Shown one piece after another: positions 1-9,958 of a DNA stretch of 64,000 bases. The first letter of the stretch is position 1. Each line of letters begins with the position of its first letter. The stretch comes from an uncultured virus (IMG/VR IMGVR_UViG_3300010356_001334) (lineage: Duplodnaviria; Heunggongvirae; Uroviricota; Caudoviricetes), in IMG/VR virus record IMGVR_UViG_3300010356_001334, one strand, 5' to 3'. The position numbers and the translations under genes were made by a program. Under the pieces are notes generated by a model. That model was not told the DNA's origin and did not search any database. It saw only the letters and a program-made list of their open reading frames with translations.

Positions 1-454
1 GATTGTGAAGTTGGTGGAATCGAGTTATATTGAAGGTAAAATGGAAGGAGATAAATTAGCGATCTTTGTAGGCTCTGCGAAGATGGCGGATGCTGTCGTA
101 GGGGCTTTAAAGAAGCAGTTTGGAAGACTCGATATCCGAACCTATCTTGAACGAGACCCGTATGAGAATGCAATTGTGCCTGATATTCGTGTCTCCACAA
201 TCTTAAGTCTCGGGACAGCAATTGACATCCCTCAGTTGAGGGTCTCAATCATGACAAACTCTATTGAAAGTCCAATTGCAAATGTGCAGACCTTAGGACG
301 TCTACGAGAACTTAAAGATCGAGATGTGCGATTCTATTATCTGTATTGCTCGACAATACCCAAGCATCAAGAGTATCATCTGAAGAAGATCGATCTCTTT
401 AGTAGTCGTGTTAAGGAACATAAACAACTGTTCTTAAGAACACTCTATCCCTAA
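1..454 (+). CDS. SF2 (DEAD/DEAH-like) helicase, C-terminal part (5'-truncated by the window edge)
   Basis: Motif V-like LGTAIDIP and motif VI QTLGRLR. Confidence 0.75.
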   Translation, partial: IVKLVESSYIEGKMEGDKLAIFVGSAKMADAVVGALKKQFGRLDIRTYLERDPYENAIVPDIRVSTILSLGTAIDIPQLRVSIMTNSIESPIANVQTLGRLRELKDRDVRFYYLYCSTIPKHQEYHLKKIDLFSSRVKEHKQLFLRTLYP

Positions 455-464
455 AAAGGAAAGC

Positions 465-680
465 ATGATTATGCTATTGATCATTTCAACCATGATTGGT
501 TTAACGATCTATATCGTTTTAAATAGAATCACTAAGAAGTTTATCTGGGATGAAATGACGCCAATGGGGCGTCAGAGAAAGACCTTCATTCGGTATGTCA
601 TGACTAAAGTTTATCTGCGAGACTGCATCGTGGGTTTCATCGTCTTGATGCCCGTGTTAATTTACTTCAATATTTTCTGA
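465..680 (+). CDS. Small membrane protein
   Basis: AAGGA RBS, two hydrophobic segments, followed by a terminator. Confidence 0.55.
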   Translation: MIMLLIISTMIGLTIYIVLNRITKKFIWDEMTPMGRQRKTFIRYVMTKVYLRDCIVGFIVLMPVLIYFNIF

Positions 681-685
681 CTGAT

Positions 686-734
686 ACTAGAGAGAGCCCG
701 TGTATGGGCTCTCTCTAGTGATGTTTTTTTTTTT
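686..734 (+). terminator. Intrinsic terminator
   Basis: 14-bp stem ACTAGAGAGAGCCC/GGGCTCTCTCTAGT followed by a T-run. Confidence 0.85.
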
Positions 735-794
735 GGTTTTAAATAAGGCAAGAGATCGAATGAACTACCTCTCATGATAAGGATACAATAAAAG

Positions 795-1133
795 ATGCAG
801 CTCACACCGAATATTCTAAAAACGTTGGTTGCCAGTATCTGTATCTTTACTGTATACATCTTGATCATGGTGACCATGTCAATTCGACAAAAGTACTTTC
901 CTGAATTTATCTTACAAACAATCCTTTACCTAAGTTATCTATCCATGAGTTTTATCATGGTAGCCAACATAGGAATCGTTTTAATTGTTGTTTATCACTG
1001 GTATCTCATAGTTCAAGGTAATGAATGGGAAAGTCAATTGATGATACCCGGTCTAATATCTGATATTGCGGTAATGATTATCTCTGTCGCATTGACTTTA
1101 TTAGCTTACGTTATTTTAAATGAAGGAGTCTGA
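795..1133 (+). CDS. Membrane protein (about 3 TM segments)
   Basis: Hydrophobic 112-aa ORF with AAGGA upstream. Confidence 0.6.
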   Translation: MQLTPNILKTLVASICIFTVYILIMVTMSIRQKYFPEFILQTILYLSYLSMSFIMVANIGIVLIVVYHWYLIVQGNEWESQLMIPGLISDIAVMIISVALTLLAYVILNEGV

Positions 1134-2496
1134 AATCATGGCTATTGCAAAATTAAAACCGGATGCCGAGATTAAACCTGTTTTAGAACTACCCCAAGTT
1201 CAAAAAGAAACGTATCAAGGTATTGTTGCGGATAACAATAACACCCCCCATGCGGCACTAGTAGCTTACATCGACGGGATGCCTTGGACTGTTGACTATT
1301 ATGGTCAACTCTTGGGTAAACATAATGACTTACGTGAAATTGACCCTGGTCAAAATGCGGCTTTTCAACAATACCAAAAAACAAAAGCTTTAGAGTTACG
1401 TGTTGCCAGTCCACTTCAGACAAGTTATGATAGTGAAAACGCGATCACGACGGTTTCAGGCAGTGCGCATATCGTTCACATTGTTCCCAATGTGAACGAT
1501 TACTTTATTGCAAATGCCGGATCTCGAGAAGCAGGTCTATTTCGAATTAAGTCTGTTGAACGAAAAGTCTTTAACCGAGATAGCGTTTATTTGATTGATT
1601 ATGATTTAGTCACCTACGCTAATGAAGACTCTGAAGTATGTCGAGATCTTGAATCAAAGGTCGTACGTGTCTATCGATTCAGTAAAGAGAGACTGACAGA
1701 AGGTCTATCTCCTGTCTTACGTGAAGAAATCTTTGCGCTCTCGACTGACATTGCAAAGTCGTATCACGATACGATTCAGCATTACTTCAAGAAGTTCTTT
1801 AATCGTACTCAGATGACTTTGGTTGTACCAGGGCAATCTAAATCAATCTATGATGCCTGGTTAGTATTATTCATTATTGCCATTGTCGATTCAAGGATTG
1901 CGCCAGAACTTCGGGATATGAAGGTAATCTCAACAGACCATGAGCGTTATTTGAACCAAGGTGCGCTCTGGCAGGTCTTATTGGATCGACAGTATGAAAA
2001 CCTTTCCTTAGTTCATCAGAAAGTTCAACTCGCACCTAAAACCCACTTTAACCGCTCTTCATGGTTAAAGGGTACTGCTTATTGGAACATGGACTACTAC
2101 GTCTATCCAGTCATTGAACATACTGAAACACATGTAAAGAATGATCCTGTTCCTCAAAACTATGGTTTTTCTTCCTTTGAAGGTCAGCCTGAGATGGAGA
2201 CTTTGAAATGGAAAGAACGTAATCTTTACACCGATGGGGTTTTGACAACACCGCTTATTAAGTCAGTCTTAGTCGATGATTACTACGTACTTTCAAAAGC
2301 TTTCTATGAAGGGGAGAGTAATATCAGTATTCTTGAAGTTTTAATTAAAGACTACTTGAAATATCAGACAATCGACTTAGTTCTGCTGGCAGCCTTAGTA
2401 AGAGAATATAAACAGTGGCCAGCTTTAGAGCAGTTCTACTATGGTCCTTTATTGATCCTTCTAATGAAAGATGCCGTTAAAGGGTTTTATCAGTAA
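1120..2496 (+). CDS. Putative virion structural protein of phiKZ-like phages (likely start ATG 1138)
   Basis: Long ORF, GGAG RBS before 1138, translationally coupled to the next genes. The YIDGMPWTVDYY motif recalls jumbo-phage structural proteins. Confidence 0.6.
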   Translation: MKESEIMAIAKLKPDAEIKPVLELPQVQKETYQGIVADNNNTPHAALVAYIDGMPWTVDYYGQLLGKHNDLREIDPGQNAAFQQYQKTKALELRVASPLQTSYDSENAITTVSGSAHIVHIVPNVNDYFIANAGSREAGLFRIKSVERKVFNRDSVYLIDYDLVTYANEDSEVCRDLESKVVRVYRFSKERLTEGLSPVLREEIFALSTDIAKSYHDTIQHYFKKFFNRTQMTLVVPGQSKSIYDAWLVLFIIAIVDSRIAPELRDMKVISTDHERYLNQGALWQVLLDRQYENLSLVHQKVQLAPKTHFNRSSWLKGTAYWNMDYYVYPVIEHTETHVKNDPVPQNYGFSSFEGQPEMETLKWKERNLYTDGVLTTPLIKSVLVDDYYVLSKAFYEGESNISILEVLIKDYLKYQTIDLVLLAALVREYKQWPALEQFYYGPLLILLMKDAVKGFYQ

Positions 2497-3122
2497 TGGC
2501 TAAGAAAACCCTTCCTACGTATAAAGATTTATGGGATCGTTACTATACGGTTAAAATGCTTTACCTTCACTCTAGAAGTGTAGAACAAGTAAGGCGGTAT
2601 GGTGTACGGATCTCAGGGGTTGACGAAATTGATCGGTATCTTGATCGACAAGAAATTACGACACAGCTTAACATTGATAGCATGTTTGAAAAACATCGTC
2701 AAGGTGTCACGATTCGGGTCTTGAGATATGAAGATACTGCTGAAATCTATAATGTTATCCATTCGCATTTGATTGCCTGGGCGGAATATCTGTCGACAGG
2801 AGTCAATATTGGAAACGCACCACTTAAGGATTTAATTGAACTAGATGCTTTTGCATCGGTGGTTTATGACAAAGCAAAATCAGTCTTTAGTAAAGAAGAG
2901 AAGGTCTCTGCGCTGGCTTCCAACTTTACTAATGTGCAGACAATTAACTTTAAGAATATTCTAGCCCGTGAAGTGAAAGAAACGGAAACACGAATGACAC
3001 CTTCTGGTCTTGAAGTTGTTACGATTAACAATGATAAACCCTTCTTCCCTGATCGGGAAAGTATGAAAGAAGTCTTTACTGATCAGATTAACCGTATCCA
3101 AGGATGGAGAACCAATGTCTAG
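2496..3122 (+). CDS. Hypothetical jumbo-phage protein
   Basis: TAATG overlap with the upstream gene. Confidence 0.7.
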   Translation: MAKKTLPTYKDLWDRYYTVKMLYLHSRSVEQVRRYGVRISGVDEIDRYLDRQEITTQLNIDSMFEKHRQGVTIRVLRYEDTAEIYNVIHSHLIAWAEYLSTGVNIGNAPLKDLIELDAFASVVYDKAKSVFSKEEKVSALASNFTNVQTINFKNILAREVKETETRMTPSGLEVVTINNDKPFFPDRESMKEVFTDQINRIQGWRTNV

Positions 3123-4524
3123 TCAATCGATGACTTTTGAACACTCTCCTCTATGGCCCGAAGTTCAAAGTATTATTAGTGGTCCTAGTAAGAAGATTTT
3201 GTATGACTACAAAGGAACACTTCATACAGAGAAAGAAGACCTTGCCATTTGGGACTTTAACTCTATTGAAGTCGTTCGAGACTATTTAAACAATATTGGC
3301 GAGACAGCGACTGTTGTCTTTAGGATGGGGATGGGTGACTATGTTAACCGTCTCTTTCCCTATCGCCAGAATTTAGAATTTACCATTAAGCGAACAGCGC
3401 TTGAAGAAGGTGGTAGTAATCGCGCTAAAGATGAACCTGTTCAAGTTATGCGCTACAAAGCCATCTTTAACACTTCTCGGAATCCACCTGTGGGCGGGAG
3501 TGAGCTTGAAACTTATCACGCGGAAGACCTTAATGTCTCTGATATGGTCGAAATTCACTTAGAGCTTGTCGATCGAGCTTTAGAACCGCTTCGAATCAAG
3601 ACAACAGGGGGAGCCTTTGCAAATGTTAAACCGGGTGATTTGATCCGGTCTTTATTAGCTGGAGAGTCTTCTAAAGTTTTAGTTGATGGAAAACCTGCAG
3701 CTCAAGGTATGGATTTGGTTGAACCCGATAATAAAGAACCCATTCCAAATGCCATTATCCCTCATGGCTTAAAGGTCACTTCGGTGCCGACTTTTATACA
3801 ACATCAGTTAAGTGGGGTATATAACCGAGGCATTGGAACTTATTTCCAGACCTATGAAGGTAAAAAGCTCTGGTTTGTCTATCCGACTTATGATACAGAG
3901 CGCTTTGACGGCAAAGACAAGAAAATGGTCTTTTATGCTGTTCCGCAAGAAAAGCTTCCTCAGCTCGATAAGAGTTATATGAAAGAGGGTAATGTTATTA
4001 AAGTTGCCGTTACTGCACAGCGTCGCTATACCGATAGCGCAGAGCTTGACTATATGAACGAAGGTTCAGGGTATCGAATGCCTGATGCACGAGCCTATAT
4101 GAAAAAACCTGTCAAGATCACAGAGAATGGCCCTCAGGCTTCTCGCGCTGAACTTAACCATGAAGTGATTATTAAAGAACGTAGTGATGGTTTGAATTAT
4201 GCCCCAATTGCGCAAGGGGGTCCGAGTTCAAACCCGTTTGTTGAACGTTCTAAAGTTATTCAGCGTTCAATGGCACAGATTGATTTAGTTTGGGAAAACT
4301 CAGATCCCTTACTAATTTATCCAGGCATGCCTTGTAAGTATATTTATCTTAGTCAAGGCAAAGCCATCTCTTTAAAAGGGACTATTCTTTTTGTCCATAG
4401 TTTTTCAGCTAAGGTTGAAAAGTATAATGCCAGTGCTTTTAGAATGACGTGTCGTGTCTCAATTGCCTGTGAAGCACAGACAAAGAGACCAGACCTTCCT
4501 GTTAAAGGAGCTGTCGGTGATTAA
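3115..4524 (+). CDS. Putative virion structural (baseplate hub-like) protein
   Basis: 469-aa ORF in the operon; C-terminal WENSDPLLIYPGMP motif. Confidence 0.55.
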   Translation: MSSQSMTFEHSPLWPEVQSIISGPSKKILYDYKGTLHTEKEDLAIWDFNSIEVVRDYLNNIGETATVVFRMGMGDYVNRLFPYRQNLEFTIKRTALEEGGSNRAKDEPVQVMRYKAIFNTSRNPPVGGSELETYHAEDLNVSDMVEIHLELVDRALEPLRIKTTGGAFANVKPGDLIRSLLAGESSKVLVDGKPAAQGMDLVEPDNKEPIPNAIIPHGLKVTSVPTFIQHQLSGVYNRGIGTYFQTYEGKKLWFVYPTYDTERFDGKDKKMVFYAVPQEKLPQLDKSYMKEGNVIKVAVTAQRRYTDSAELDYMNEGSGYRMPDARAYMKKPVKITENGPQASRAELNHEVIIKERSDGLNYAPIAQGGPSSNPFVERSKVIQRSMAQIDLVWENSDPLLIYPGMPCKYIYLSQGKAISLKGTILFVHSFSAKVEKYNASAFRMTCRVSIACEAQTKRPDLPVKGAVGD

Positions 4525-4807
4525 AAATCAACTCTTAAAGCTTCTGTCTTATTTTAGTAAGAAACCGATTATCACCGGTCAAGGGTTTACTACATCAGAC
4601 GATTCTATTCCAGATACGATTAATATTGAAAAGATAAAGACCAAGCCTGATCTAGTTCGGTATCGACTTGATCAAGAACTTGATTTTATTCTTATTGGAA
4701 TTAATAAACGCAATACACGCGTTGTCTACGAATTAAAGTGCGTTCAAACTAAAGAAACAGTTACCGTCGATGAGCGACTTTTTAAACTATTCTTTAGGAA
4801 ACACTAA
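4517..4807 (+). CDS. Hypothetical protein (GTG start at 4517)
   Basis: AAGGAG RBS upstream of GTG 4517; same frame as track ORF 4454..4807. Confidence 0.6.
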   Translation: MIKNQLLKLLSYFSKKPIITGQGFTTSDDSIPDTINIEKIKTKPDLVRYRLDQELDFILIGINKRNTRVVYELKCVQTKETVTVDERLFKLFFRKH

Positions 4808-4809
4808 GA

Positions 4810-5448
4810 ATGACTCGACTCTGTGGAGTAAGAAAAGAGTGGTTTAAAGACAAAGTGGATTGGTCACTTGGAAGAGGTTCGATCCTTTATCGGACACCAC
4901 CATGTCCTGATACAATTTCAGAGCACTTTCTTTCTGGTGTTGATTTCTTTTCAAGTTATGATTTTCCACATGAGACGCATTATATCTTTACACCTTTAAT
5001 CGGGATCATTGAACTAACCACCCAGCAAGTTCTCTGCCATGTTCTTGAAGATGATCCTCGGTGACGTATTTTTCATTTTGTTAATGAGTGTCAAGAAGAT
5101 CCTCATTATCTCATCGGAAAAAATAAACGACTCCATCTAAGTCATTGTGTAAGTAATAGCTTAAAAGAACGATTTGGGGATGTGGCTCCTCAATTTAATG
5201 AAGAAAGCTTACGATATTCATTATCTTTCAATCAAGTTCAAAATATCCTTTATCATGAGGAATACCCAGATACGGTTTTTCTATGCAGCTGGATCACCGT
5301 TGATCGTCAGTATCTGCTATGTGAACCGGAAATTAAAGAACTACAATGGTTAAAACTTAATGAAGTGGCTATTTTAGGTGTTGAGAGACCTGAGCAATTT
5401 GAAACAATCAGTTTAACACATATCTCCTGTCCAGCACGGATTGACTAG
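4810..5448 (+). pseudogene. Hypothetical gene (about 212 codons) with one in-frame TGA at 5062-5064
   Basis: Track ORFs 4810..5064 and 5182..5448 share a frame, and the stretch between them is open. Confidence 0.6.
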
Positions 5449-5463
5449 ATGTTTTATGAACAT

Positions 5464-5498
5464 ATAGAGAGAAGAGGCTTACAACCTCTTCTCTCTAT
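5464..5498. terminator. Long palindromic terminator-like hairpin
   Basis: ATAGAGAGAAGAGG/CCTCTTCTCTCTAT. Confidence 0.75.
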
Positions 5499-5519
5499 GA
5501 TTTTAAAACTTGAAATCAA

Positions 5520-6008
5520 GTGAGATTCCTATTTAACCTTACTTCTTGGAGAAAGATGATGAGTGTCGGTGAATTAAAGTCTGAAAAAGAGTTTCTGATT
5601 GAATTGGCACTTCATCAGTTCAATCTTCAATATAACAAGAACATCAAAGCCGAAGTCTGTGCAATTCGTTCAATTAAGCCAGGCTATGGTGCAAAGTATG
5701 GCTATGAGATTGATACTATTCGAACAGATGACTATGTGCGTCTGAGGATGTACTTTAATCTGGAAGGGATTAATAAATTAAAACCTTACCGCTTAGAAGT
5801 TGATAAGAACTTTGTCCCAGGTCAACTCGATGATGAAGTCTATGTCACCATTGGCACCGTGAACCCCTATTACTTAGATGCTGGTATTTATAAGTTTAGG
5901 TGGATCAATGAAGATTTATCCCGTTATAAGTTTTTGATGTATATGAATGGAAATGTCGTTGAGACACAAAATAGTGGCTATTTGAAATTAGTCAATCAGG
6001 GCGTTTAA
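5520..6008 (+). CDS. Hypothetical (probably virion-associated) protein
   Basis: ORF at the head of the tail-fibre cluster; likely start at MMSVG after GGAG. Confidence 0.6.
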   Translation: MRFLFNLTSWRKMMSVGELKSEKEFLIELALHQFNLQYNKNIKAEVCAIRSIKPGYGAKYGYEIDTIRTDDYVRLRMYFNLEGINKLKPYRLEVDKNFVPGQLDDEVYVTIGTVNPYYLDAGIYKFRWINEDLSRYKFLMYMNGNVVETQNSGYLKLVNQGV

Positions 6009-6009
6009 G

Positions 6010-6549
6010 ATGTCAGAGCTTCCACTTTTACCAATGGCTTCTATACAAGCAGGGGATTTACTTGCTTGGAGCCAAGATCCTTATTCGATGTGGACCGATT
6101 TAACACTTAAAACAATTCGTAAACTGACCAAATCAGACTATGGTCATGTTGGAATTGCATGGCGCTGTCACGATGGACTTGATGATGAACTTTTTGTCAT
6201 TGAAGCAACCATTCCAAAGATTCGAATTGCCCGTGTTACAACCGATCGACCTTTCCATTGTGTTCCGATGGGCGTTGAGTGGAATAACTTTAATAAGTCA
6301 TTTCTTTTAAGTAAGCTAGACTATCCCTATGGCGTCTCAGATGCCATTAGGGCCGCTTTAGGGATGCGTGCTCAGCGGGATATGAAATGGCAATGCGCGG
6401 AGCTCGCACATGCCTTTTATGAAGCCTCAGGGATCTTCTTACGAAAAGAATATACACCAGGTAAACTGATTACCAATGCCATGGAGTATACAGGAAGCCA
6501 GGTTTATCGTGTTGTAGGTCCAAATCGAACCATTTCAGCGATTGATTAA
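6010..6549 (+). CDS. Permuted papain-like NlpC/P60 (YiiX/YebB-like) amidase or peptidase
   Basis: GDLL...HVGI near the N-terminus and the catalytic-type CAEL later: the permuted His-before-Cys order. Confidence 0.7.
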   Translation: MSELPLLPMASIQAGDLLAWSQDPYSMWTDLTLKTIRKLTKSDYGHVGIAWRCHDGLDDELFVIEATIPKIRIARVTTDRPFHCVPMGVEWNNFNKSFLLSKLDYPYGVSDAIRAALGMRAQRDMKWQCAELAHAFYEASGIFLRKEYTPGKLITNAMEYTGSQVYRVVGPNRTISAID

Positions 6550-6772
6550 GTAGAAATCGTCTTTTAAATAATTTCTACTATCGGGCGGTACTGCACATCC
6601 CTGACCTAGTTGTCTGTGACTTAGCGAGAAACCTTTTCTTTAATTAAGAGTCCGGCTACACTCTAACCAAAAAAGTAGTCTAAAGATTTTTCTCTGATAC
6701 AGACAACTTTTAATCCTTAATGAGTTTGTTTGTAGCCTTTGTATTTTCCTACCCTTCGAAGGAGTTTCACAT

Positions 6773-9388
6773 ATGTCACAACTGAAGATTGCTCGCGTCT
6801 CGGCCCTGCCCACTCCGCTGGTTGCCAACACCATCTACCTGCTGCAAGTCTCGGACTCCGAGCTGCAAGTCGTCACCGTCGGTAACACCGCTGCTGATGT
6901 GCGTTCCTCGATCATCGGCACCGATGTCGATGGCAAGATCGCCGCTTCGGTGGGTGCGCTGAACACCACCCTGTCGCAAGCCATCGCTGACGCGATCGTT
7001 ACCGCTTCGAATGACGCGACCGCTAAGGCCGATGCCGCTCAAGCTGCTGCCAACACCTATACCGACGACCGCCGGAACGGGCTTGTCGAGATGACGACGG
7101 GTCCGGGTGGGAGGAATAGATTGTTGGCAGGATCACGCGAGATCTACCCCGTCGAGAATCCGCCAAGCGCCGAGAATCGGCTGGTGTGCGTCGATGCGCT
7201 CCCGTTCCTGGCGTTGAGCGAAAACGCAACCTACATTTTTGGCCGCGCTGTTGATGCAACGATGGTGTTGCGCCCGAAGGCGGGCGGGGCCGACATCTCA
7301 TCGCTGGCCGTGACGACGCTTTACAAAGAGGACGGTGTCACGCTTCTGACATCAGCAGCGTTTTATACCTGTTGGGCATGGGATGACTACCAACTCGCTC
7401 AGGTGCGCGATTTTACGAGCCAGAACAGCTACCTTTACAAGTCGATTGATAATTTTGCGACTTGCGGGAGTAACGCGCCGCTTTACAACAATAACAAGCC
7501 GGTGTTTTGCGTTGGGTGGAATAGTGCGCGCGACACGGCCGCAGGTAACGTCAGCATCATGGCCGCATGGTCGCTAACACGCGCCACGAACCGACGCGGC
7601 GAGGATTTGGTGGTTTTCGGGCAGTACAACGTCAACACGTCGCGCGCGGCTGGCGGGGCCAACGACTGGAGTAACGTGCTGTGCTCCCGCAACAACGGGG
7701 ATACGTGGGATGTGGTCCTCGAACTTAACACCGGCGGGGAAAACATTGTGCGGCACTGTCATGCGGTGCAGTTCGACCCCTACGAAAAAGAGTTCTGGAT
7801 TCAGTACGGAGACGGAGATTCGTCCGCGTTTTTCGTATGGGATGGGATTCATCCGATCGCCCCGAACACACGCGCCCGAGATGCCGCGCAGTATCGCGGC
7901 TGGCGCGGCATGGATCTGAGTAACAATCCGACCGGCAACTGGGCGACAGGACAAACCACAACGTTATTTTTCCTGCCTGACGTTGTGATTGCACCTATCG
8001 ATCATGGATTCACCGCTGCGCGCGGGGTGTACCGGCTGTCGCGCGACCTGAGCGTATTCGAACAGATTACCGACCCCGACGAAATCGGGCATCCCGAGGG
8101 GCATGCGCTGTATTCGGGGACGATGTGCCAGCGTACTGGTGCAATGATCGTCTCTACGCTAATTGAGGCGGGGTACAAGAATCCGAGTGCTGACTATACT
8201 CTTTGGATTTGGGTGGCTACGCCAGCCGGCAACTACCGCGACTGGACGCGGGTGGGCCGATATATGATCAACACGACTACTGGCAGCCGGCAGCACATGC
8301 AAATGCTCGGGCGCGCAGACGGGACGATCTGGATTGGAGCAAGCAATGGCGCCGGGAAAGAGGTGCATTCAACAGCCGTTTGTCTGATTGATGGGCTGCA
8401 CTCCGGGGAAGAGGAGGTAATCCATCCGGTATATTGGGTAGACCCGATTAAGGGCAATAACGCGAACAATGGTTATTCTCCAGCAACCGCATGGGCAGGG
8501 GTGGGCTATGCCTGCGGAGGAAACAGAATGACGTGTTCAGCCCTTCTTAATGTACTCCCAGGGCGGACGGTTGAGACGGCAACATCGTGGTCCCTGCGCA
8601 TCGGGGCGAATGCGCGACCTGCACAAACGAATTATCCACTACTTGTTCGTGGTGCTGGCCGTAAGCGCAGCGTGATTGCATCAACTGCGACATCAGCGTG
8701 GTTGGTGGTCTCCGAAACCAAGGTTAGCGCGTTTTTCGAGTCGGTCTCGATTGAAAACGCAGTCGGCCCGGTGTTCGATTACGGGGTTGGCGCAACCGAA
8801 GCGCACGTCGCCACATTTAGGGATGTTTTTCTAAAGTCCGCAGGTGCGGTGTTTCTTGTTACATCGGGGAAAATCAAGGTAGACCAGTTCGAAGCTGAAG
8901 TGGGGACATACCTTGGAGCTGCGTTAGGGACCGCCAATTTTGCCTTTGAAGCGGACGCCGGCGTTGTGCGCGGTGGGTCGCGGATTCTGTACTGGAAGGG
9001 TGGTGCGGGAGCGTATGGGCGACTGGAAAACGTTATCGGCATCGGGCAAACCGTTGCGGGTGTGGATCTGCATGCAGATGCCGTGACGCTGCCGGTTGTG
9101 CGCAACGTCGCAATTGACGCGGCGGTGCCGGTAGTGCGTGACAACCGCACAACCAAAACAACTGCGGCCGGCCTCGTCAGCAACAACGTCGGACGAGGCG
9201 CATCGACGGGGTTGATCGACGGCGACGAAGGTAGCCAAGTTGTTTCCGATCTGATGCTGATCGGCACGACCGGCGCCCCGAAGCCCGGCTCTCCGCTGAT
9301 CGGGGCCGGCAACGCCAACGCAGGCCCGGCGCTCGACATCAACGGCGTGGCCTACGGCACGCCGAAAAACGTCGGGGCGTTTGCCTGA
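6773..9388 (+). CDS. Chimeric tail fibre/tailspike: native N-terminus fused to a foreign Asp-box beta-propeller and beta-helix (depolymerase-like)
   Basis: GAAGGAG RBS; Asp-boxes SIDNFAT and SRNNGDTW; YWVDPIKGNNANNG and PGSPLIGAG beta-helix caps; high GC. Confidence 0.7.
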   Translation: MSQLKIARVSALPTPLVANTIYLLQVSDSELQVVTVGNTAADVRSSIIGTDVDGKIAASVGALNTTLSQAIADAIVTASNDATAKADAAQAAANTYTDDRRNGLVEMTTGPGGRNRLLAGSREIYPVENPPSAENRLVCVDALPFLALSENATYIFGRAVDATMVLRPKAGGADISSLAVTTLYKEDGVTLLTSAAFYTCWAWDDYQLAQVRDFTSQNSYLYKSIDNFATCGSNAPLYNNNKPVFCVGWNSARDTAAGNVSIMAAWSLTRATNRRGEDLVVFGQYNVNTSRAAGGANDWSNVLCSRNNGDTWDVVLELNTGGENIVRHCHAVQFDPYEKEFWIQYGDGDSSAFFVWDGIHPIAPNTRARDAAQYRGWRGMDLSNNPTGNWATGQTTTLFFLPDVVIAPIDHGFTAARGVYRLSRDLSVFEQITDPDEIGHPEGHALYSGTMCQRTGAMIVSTLIEAGYKNPSADYTLWIWVATPAGNYRDWTRVGRYMINTTTGSRQHMQMLGRADGTIWIGASNGAGKEVHSTAVCLIDGLHSGEEEVIHPVYWVDPIKGNNANNGYSPATAWAGVGYACGGNRMTCSALLNVLPGRTVETATSWSLRIGANARPAQTNYPLLVRGAGRKRSVIASTATSAWLVVSETKVSAFFESVSIENAVGPVFDYGVGATEAHVATFRDVFLKSAGAVFLVTSGKIKVDQFEAEVGTYLGAALGTANFAFEADAGVVRGGSRILYWKGGAGAYGRLENVIGIGQTVAGVDLHADAVTLPVVRNVAIDAAVPVVRDNRTTKTTAAGLVSNNVGRGASTGLIDGDEGSQVVSDLMLIGTTGAPKPGSPLIGAGNANAGPALDINGVAYGTPKNVGAFA

Positions 9389-9580
9389 TCTAATCCCCCT
9401 CGCGCGGGGAGGGACCCGAAGTCGCAAACGGAAAGCCCGGCATCTGCCGGGCTTTTCTCATTCTGGGAGGGCTGCACCTGGGGGTATGTAGTCGGGCTCG
9501 CCGGCCCGGCTGCCGTACCGGTAGGCCGTGACCTGCTTGTTGTCGCGCGTCATCTGGAGGAGGTGGGTAGGATCGTACGC
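7070..9580. other. Horizontally acquired high-GC segment inserted into a native tail gene
   Basis: Codon style shifts at about 7070; bacterial-type terminator; 3' stub of a foreign minus-strand gene; native frame remnant resumes at 9581. Confidence 0.7.
9431..9457. terminator. Bacterial-type bidirectional terminator inside the captured segment
   Basis: GAAAGCCCGGCA-TC-TGCCGGGCTTTTC. Confidence 0.75.
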
Positions 9581-9763
9581 GGCGCCGCGCTGTACTTCTA
9601 CAACACCGCTGACCAATCTTTCCTGAAGATCGCCGAATACGAGTCGCTGGACTTCGTCCTGCCGAACCGTGCGATCCTGGAAGCGCTGTCGGTCATGGAT
9701 GGTAAGCTGGCTTACAACGGCGCGCTGGTTGGCACCGTTCAAGCTGGCACGAACGAATGGTAA
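9581..9763 (+). pseudogene. Orphaned C-terminal remnant of the native 6773 gene (GAALYFYN...AGTNEW)
   Basis: Same C-ending codon style as 6773-7069; ends in GxNEW like the neighbouring paralog (VGINEW); followed by a phage-type hairpin. Confidence 0.65.
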
Positions 9764-9811
9764 GATCAACATCTACTAGTAATAGTAGATAGATCTTCTA
9801 TCGTGTAAGTC

Positions 9812-9849
9812 CATGACACAGGGGGACCTTCGGATCCCCCTGTGTCATG
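9812..9849. terminator. Long palindromic terminator-like hairpin
   Basis: CATGACACAGGGGGA...TCCCCCTGTGTCATG. Confidence 0.8.
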
Positions 9850-9958
9850 TCAATAAAAGACCTCGTTGAAAAAGACCAAATCATTTGAATAGGGGGCACC
9901 TAGATACGCCCTTTCACGATAGTCTATAAATCAACCATCTTTGATAGAGGTGTGTCTT

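Noticed and set aside
6550..6772. Possible structured RNA in the 220-nt intergenic region
   Set aside because: No convincing stems, tRNA cloverleaf or known motif could be found by eye.
6776..9427. Many overlapping short ORFs within the tailspike gene
   Set aside because: Expected in high-GC DNA where stop codons are rare.
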